Positions 59,723 to 64,000 of a stretch of DNA of 64,000 nt are shown here, piece after piece; positions within the stretch are counted from its first letter, which is position 1, and every line of letters starts with the position of its first letter. Source of the DNA: a virus. Lineage: Duplodnaviria; Caudoviricetes. The DNA is taken from IMG/VR virus record IMGVR_UViG_3300021387_001438, positions 1-64,000 of that record; one strand, given 5' to 3'. The notes under the pieces were generated by a model that was not told the origin of the DNA, made no database searches, and saw only the letters and a program-made list of their open reading frames with translations. Made by a program: the position numbers and the translations under genes.

Positions 59723-60036
59723 TCCTTTTTATCAGGATTATTTTCTTCTTTATTTTCTAATTTATTTAATAATTCTGTTAATGCTTTTTCATCACCAAGA
59801 GGAATTTTAAATACTTCAACATCTGGATTATCTCCAGGAAGTATCTTATCAATTCTAGCATTCATTTCTTTTAAGTGAGCTTCTTTTAATTTTAAATCCA
59901 ACTCACATGCTTTTATTTTTACTCTCATTGCTGCATTTTGAATTCTTGTACAAGAGTAATAATATCCAAGAAAGAAAGATAAAATCGGTAAAAGGCAACA
60001 AATAATTACTAATGCTACAACAATATTTGTGTTCAT
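59719..60036 (-). CDS. Single-pass membrane protein
   Basis: N-terminal TM helix, then coiled coil. Confidence 0.55.
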   Translation of the reverse strand: MNTNIVVALVIICCLLPILSFFLGYYYSCTRIQNAAMRVKIKACELDLKLKEAHLKEMNARIDKILPGDNPDVEVFKIPLGDEKALTELLNKLENKEENNPDKKE

Positions 60037-60050
60037 ATAATCAACTCCTT

Positions 60051-60791
60051 TTATAAATTCTCACAAATCCAATTATGACAGATAGTTGTATCAACAATTA
60101 CCTCTGATTCATTACGAGCTTCATAGCATGCCAAGATAGCATCTGGATTTGTAATGACCATTTTATATAATTTTGGATTTGTATTATTTCCAGCTTTATT
60201 AAATCTTTCAGCAAACCATCTTGCTTTTTCTTTATCAACAGTCCATGATAAACCTTCAGGCTTTCCATTATGACTTACTCCTCGATAGACAGTTACTCCT
60301 GCTGGAAGTGAAGCAAGTCTTTTTAGAGTATTAAATGTATCAATCTCTTTTTTATCCATCAAGAAATCTTTATTTGCTTTTTTGAAATATCTTATTAGTT
60401 CTCTTCTATTTACATTATTATCTTGATTTGGCCATTCTTCCATTACATAGAATTCAGATAATAGCTTTGAAAAATCTTCATTAGATAAATAGATATTAAC
60501 ATATTTGAAGAAAGTCAAGTAATAACTTTTATTTAACAACATGACAATTCCAAACAAATCTTTTGCATTATCAATCTTTTCAAATGTTTCAGACTTAAAG
60601 ATTTCATAATCCTCTTTTTTATATAAATCTAAAATTTTTGGATTATCTTGATTTTCTTTTACTGATACATATAAATTATTACTTGTAAACGGATGTTGAA
60701 TTATAAAAGGAATTTTTGTTGCTTTAATTGGCACTGCCAAAAATAGCAACTTACTCATTTCTTTAATCTTATCTAAATTAGTTTGTTTCAT
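60051..60791 (-). CDS. ADP-ribosyltransferase-fold protein (R-S-E type), putative
   Basis: VTVYRG, GLSWT and RNESEVIV motifs in the C-terminal ~90 aa. Confidence 0.55.
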   Translation of the reverse strand: MKQTNLDKIKEMSKLLFLAVPIKATKIPFIIQHPFTSNNLYVSVKENQDNPKILDLYKKEDYEIFKSETFEKIDNAKDLFGIVMLLNKSYYLTFFKYVNIYLSNEDFSKLLSEFYVMEEWPNQDNNVNRRELIRYFKKANKDFLMDKKEIDTFNTLKRLASLPAGVTVYRGVSHNGKPEGLSWTVDKEKARWFAERFNKAGNNTNPKLYKMVITNPDAILACYEARNESEVIVDTTICHNWICENL

Positions 60792-60819
60792 ATTTCATAC
60801 TCCTTAATTTTATTTTTTT

Positions 60820-61442
60820 TTGCCTCTACCATACACTAGCTCACTTTGCCTACACACTACCATACTCGACTCTACCATAACATGACTGCCTGTTACTTTA
60901 CCATAACTGGTCTACTCCTCGCTTTGCCGAAACTTCACTTTACTAAACCTTACCTTTGCATTTCAAATCTTGACTTCGCCCATACGATATTATGCTGGAC
61001 CCAACGTCACCGATACATTGTTACACCAATCTTTGCCTAAACTAGGATGTACTATACAATTCCAAAACGGTACCATAAATTGCTTTGCCTAAGCTCCACG
61101 ATGCAAGACTTTACCAATACTCTACCTTACGTCACTAGACTTCACCTTGACAATACCATGTCTTACTTTACCACAACTAAACACTAATTAACTTCGGTCC
61201 ACTTTGCCTTGACTAAACTTATCTACACCGATACTGTTTATTAGTCTACTATACTGTACCTCTACCTTACCAAACTTTACCATAGCACGACCAATCCTTA
61301 CATCACCTTCACTAAACTTAATGGCACTTTACTTTTCCGTAACATAACCTTTCAAGACTATGCCAATGCACAACTTCTCTTTAATACACTTTGCCAAAAC
61401 GCCACCCTACCAATCTTGACTTATCCATTACAAGACGAGGCC
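60820..61442 (-). repeat. Pentamer-periodic array 1 (NGY-NN units in about 23 blocks); candidate guide-RNA array
   Basis: - strand reads e.g. GGC aa AGT gt ATT aa AGA ga AGT tg TGC a tt GGC at AGT ct...; no - strand ORF of 60 aa or more in 620 nt; C-rich + strand unlike the rest of the genome. Confidence 0.9.
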
Positions 61443-61478
61443 TATACTTTATTTAATATATATTAATATAGGATTGAA

Positions 61479-61501
61479 GGAGAGAGACTAAATCTCTCTC
61501 C
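61479..61501 (-). terminator. 9-bp hairpin centred on the RAMP stop codon (terminator or processing site)
   Basis: GGAGAGAGA-CTAAA-TCTCTCTCC; the loop contains the TAG stop. Confidence 0.55.
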
Positions 61502-62078
61502 AACTGAATGAACCCTTACCGGAATTACGCCACTGAAGAAGTCCATTGAATTTTCCATAATCTAACCATTCTTTAATTAATGGTAGGTCTTCATCACACA
61601 ACATAACAATCTTAAATTTACATGTTGCACCGGCAGCAATTTCTTCAGAAATAGCAAGCGAGATTCTTTCACCCTGCATTGTTTGACATCTTAGAGGTCT
61701 CTGACATTCTGTGATTTCAGAATAATTCTCAATCACATTTTCTCTTCCTTCAACAAATACTCTTAGGTCAATATGCTTCTTGAAGGCTTTTAATTGACTA
61801 GATAGAGTACCTTTAACTTTTGATAGTGCTGAACATGCAGACTTGAAGAATCCTTTTAACTGATAGTCATAAATAAATGGCTTACCATCTTTGGTTCTTG
61901 GAAAGAATGTTTTACCTTTATCAACAACATTATCTTTTCCAATGGCTTCAATCTCTTCTTCTAGCTTCTGAGCATCTGGAGCCTTACTACCGATGAATGA
62001 ACGATATACATCTTTATCTCCTGTTTGAGTTCCTAATAAACCCTGTAAAAAAGTTACTTCAATATTTAATGTTTTCAT
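61488..62078 (-). CDS. Stand-alone RAMP / Cas7-like protein (196 aa)
   Basis: RBS AAGGAGA at 62091-62097 before ATG 62078; first strand LNIEVTFLQGLLG, PFIYDYQLKGFFKSAC, C-terminal glycine loop YGKFNGLLQWRNSGKGSF. Confidence 0.75.
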   Translation of the reverse strand: MKTLNIEVTFLQGLLGTQTGDKDVYRSFIGSKAPDAQKLEEEIEAIGKDNVVDKGKTFFPRTKDGKPFIYDYQLKGFFKSACSALSKVKGTLSSQLKAFKKHIDLRVFVEGRENVIENYSEITECQRPLRCQTMQGERISLAISEEIAAGATCKFKIVMLCDEDLPLIKEWLDYGKFNGLLQWRNSGKGSFSWREI

Positions 62079-62152
62079 AATTTGTTTTAATCTCCTTAAT
62101 TTATTATTTGTTTTAATCTTCTGAATTTTTTGGTCTTCACATCTTGGATAAT

Positions 62153-62461
62153 CTACATCTTTTGCCAATGCCATACAAAACCACACTTTACCATTACCGG
62201 ACCGGACAATACTTTTCCATTGCACTTTTGGACAATACTTTACCAACACGACAGCCAACTATTCTATGCTGGTACTTTACCAACACTGTTCCAAGCTATT
62301 CCATTACAGTACCATACCAAACCTTACCAACACTCCACTGAACAAGGCCTTGCCGTCACAAATCTTTTCTTGGTATCACATCACCATCACAAAACCACGC
62401 TTTACCATTACCGTCACAACGCCACACCTCACCGTCACAACGCCACACATCACCGATACTT
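62153..62461 (-). repeat. Pentamer-periodic array 2 (same grammar, about 13 blocks)
   Basis: - strand e.g. GGT aa AGT at TGT cc AAA ag TGC a at GGA aa AGT at TGT cc GGT cc GGT a at GGT aa AGT; 21-nt block duplicated at 62410-62451. Confidence 0.88.
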
Positions 62462-62465
62462 TTAG

Positions 62466-62783
62466 TTACAAGAAATCTACGATGAAGTTTGTGATATATG
62501 CCATAAACAATACTTTATCTTTGGTATAGAACGACATATAGGTTTCTCCTGTCGACTTGTCACAGGTGTAGCAAGAATATAATCCGGAAGAATTTGTATC
62601 TGACGATGGATAGTCAAACACTAGTTTAACTTCTCTTGAATTACCATCAAGATTAAATTTAGTTGGCAAATCTTTTTCTTTTAATTTTTCTGACAAAACC
62701 CGTTTGATAAACTGAACTGCCAAATTATCTTGTAGGTCTGGAGAATTAACTAATTCCGTCAAATTCTTAATTTCTTTCTGCAT
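62466..62783 (-). CDS. Hypothetical early protein
   Basis: 105 aa; RBS GAGGTG. Confidence 0.6.
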   Translation of the reverse strand: MQKEIKNLTELVNSPDLQDNLAVQFIKRVLSEKLKEKDLPTKFNLDGNSREVKLVFDYPSSDTNSSGLYSCYTCDKSTGETYMSFYTKDKVLFMAYITNFIVDFL

Positions 62784-62821
62784 CTTCTCACCTCACTTTC
62801 TTTTTTGATTTTGGTAATACA

Positions 62822-63043
62822 TTAGGTCCAAATGAAATCTACTACATTTACTGTGATATCATTATGCTTGTAGACTTCAACTAATTTATCAAGTGTAGAT
62901 AACCTTATATCACCTGCAATATCTAGATTCTTTTCTAATCCAGATTGGTACACTAATTTTGCTTTCATGATTAATTTTTTATTATCACTTGACACATCTT
63001 TTAATGAATCTTTTACATTGATAATCATATTGATAACCTCCAA
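62822..63043 (-). CDS. Hypothetical early protein
   Basis: RBS GGAGG; true start likely MIINVKD. Confidence 0.55.
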   Translation of the reverse strand: MEVINMIINVKDSLKDVSSDNKKLIMKAKLVYQSGLEKNLDIAGDIRLSTLDKLVEVYKHNDITVNVVDFIWT

Positions 63044-63085
63044 AATGTAAATATTAATTCTTTGAACTTCTAAACTTACATACTT

Positions 63086-63114
63086 ATTATATAATACTTT
63101 TTATACTTTGTACA
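63086..63114 (-). promoter_or_regulatory. Early promoter TGTACA-N17-TATAAT
   Basis: Directly upstream of the first early gene. Confidence 0.55.
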
Positions 63115-63472
63115 CATATTTTTAATAAAATTTTATTTTTTTTCTTCTTATAAAAATACGTGTGTGCACATATGCACACGTAATAAAAAATAAAATATAA
63201 ATAAGATATGAACATGAATAAAATAAAAAATATTTATATTCATAATGATGCACCCAAAATATTTTGAATATATGACTGTTCAGAAATATTTATTATGTTT
63301 TATGGATTTTTAGTATACCTAAAATTTGAATACGATTATAGCTTGATTGTTTTGATTTTGGATTGTGTGTTTAACGATTTATAGGAGAATATTTTAGGCA
63401 CATCATTATAAATATAAATATTAAATTTGATTGATTTGAATATTAAATTTGATTGATTTATTTTCTATATTT

Positions 63473-63501
63473 ATTATATATCATAACTTGTAAAACGTAA
63501 A
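63473..63501 (-). promoter_or_regulatory. Early promoter TTTACG-N17-TATAAT
   Basis: ATTATA 63473-63478, CGTAAA 63496-63501. Confidence 0.55.
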
Positions 63502-63795
63502 TAAGTTAATGTAAAAACAATAAATTTTATTGGTTACGATGAAACAAAAAACAGCGAAAATGCTATACTGGCGAAGCAGAATAGCTGGAAAATTAGGAAC
63601 AATAAAAAGGAAAAGAGAATGAAAATTACTTAAAAAGTTACTTAAAAACAACTTAAAAACTTTTTTTGAGATGAAAATTAGAGTAATGAAAATGATTCAA
63701 AAATGCTGATTTAAAATGTAAATATTCCGTAACTGGAACTAAGGACTGGTAATTTAAACTTTCAATTGGAAGTTTTAAACTATTAAATAAATTTG

Positions 63796-63922
63796 TGTAA
63801 AAATGTGTAAAGAACTGTAAAAAATTGTAAATCAAAAATTTTATTAAATAAGTGTGTAAGTTTAGATGAAAAACAGAGCAAAGCTCTTACACTTTTTTTA
63901 CACTTTTTTACAAAACTTTACA
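63796..63922. repeat. Helically phased inverted iteron clusters (TGTAAA x4 / TTTACA-like x4)
   Basis: TGTAAA at 63796, 63806, 63816, 63826; CTTACA 63886, TTTACA 63897, 63907, 63917. Confidence 0.7.
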
Positions 63923-64000
63923 AATTTTGGATTTAAACTCACAGATACAAATTTATTTTAAATCTATAAAGTGGGTACGGAATACTTACGTTTCAATTTT

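Noticed and set aside
1877-59878. Many short antisense or nested ORFs in the track (e.g. 2291, 12970, 15354, 18241, 41986)
   Set aside because: They are shadows of well-supported genes on the other strand or frame and lack an RBS
62079-62258. ORF-track N-terminal extension of the RAMP protein (start 62258)
   Set aside because: It starts at a TTG inside array 2 with no RBS; a strong RBS precedes ATG 62078
60820-62461. Calling the arrays a CRISPR array
   Set aside because: There is no constant 25-40 nt direct repeat alternating with unique spacers; conservation is periodic at every fifth base instead
60846-62529. + strand ORFs at 60846, 62130, 62144 and 62266
   Set aside because: Antisense to the operon, no RBS; their H/T/Y/P-rich content simply reflects the C-rich pentamer repeat
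63162-63459. GTGTGCA-CATA-TGCACAC hairpin and a 21-bp tandem repeat at 63417-63459
   Set aside because: Real but isolated; no support for a specific function beyond generic promoter-region structure
1-64000. Alternative genetic code (TGA=Trp or TAG recoding)
   Set aside because: Long ORFs tile the genome under code 11, Trp is TGG, and TGA/TAG serve as stops with ATGA overlaps
1-64000. Integrase / lysogeny module, tRNA or rRNA genes
   Set aside because: No recombinase motifs or cloverleaf recognised by eye; tRNAscan was not run

Overview
AT-rich, near-complete genome of a tailed phage with a contractile tail (myovirus type), read in standard genetic code 11. The + strand (0.8-33.7 kb) is the virion module: tail fibre, DUF1073-type portal, short tape measure, baseplate, DUF2213-type head protease, DUF2184-type major capsid, DUF3383-type sheath, tube, two holin-like genes, a 1684-aa multidomain protein and a cassette of modular fibre/decoration proteins. 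The - strand (63.0-33.8 kb) carries early genes, replication and nucleotide genes (SNF2 and SF3 helicases, PrimPol, Sak4-like ATPase, PD-(D/E)XK nuclease, family B polymerase, ThyX, dUTPase) and the terminase. I recognised no integrase and no endolysin. The standout is at the head of the early operon. A stand-alone 196-aa RAMP/Cas7-like gene (61488-62078) is flanked on both sides by non-coding arrays with a strict 5-nt period (NGY-NN pentamers in blocks of mostly 21/26/31 nt, each opened by GGY after one extra base). No cas1/2/3/6 and no CRISPR repeat is present. This looks like a minimal RNA-guided system with a non-contiguous guide code. Other signals: a candidate D|S/A protease-processed polyprotein cargo system, a -1 frameshift in the tail chaperone, phased inverted iterons, non-canonical promoter classes, a circularly permuted ASCH domain and an ART-like early gene. 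All family assignments are from motif recognition by eye, not from searches.
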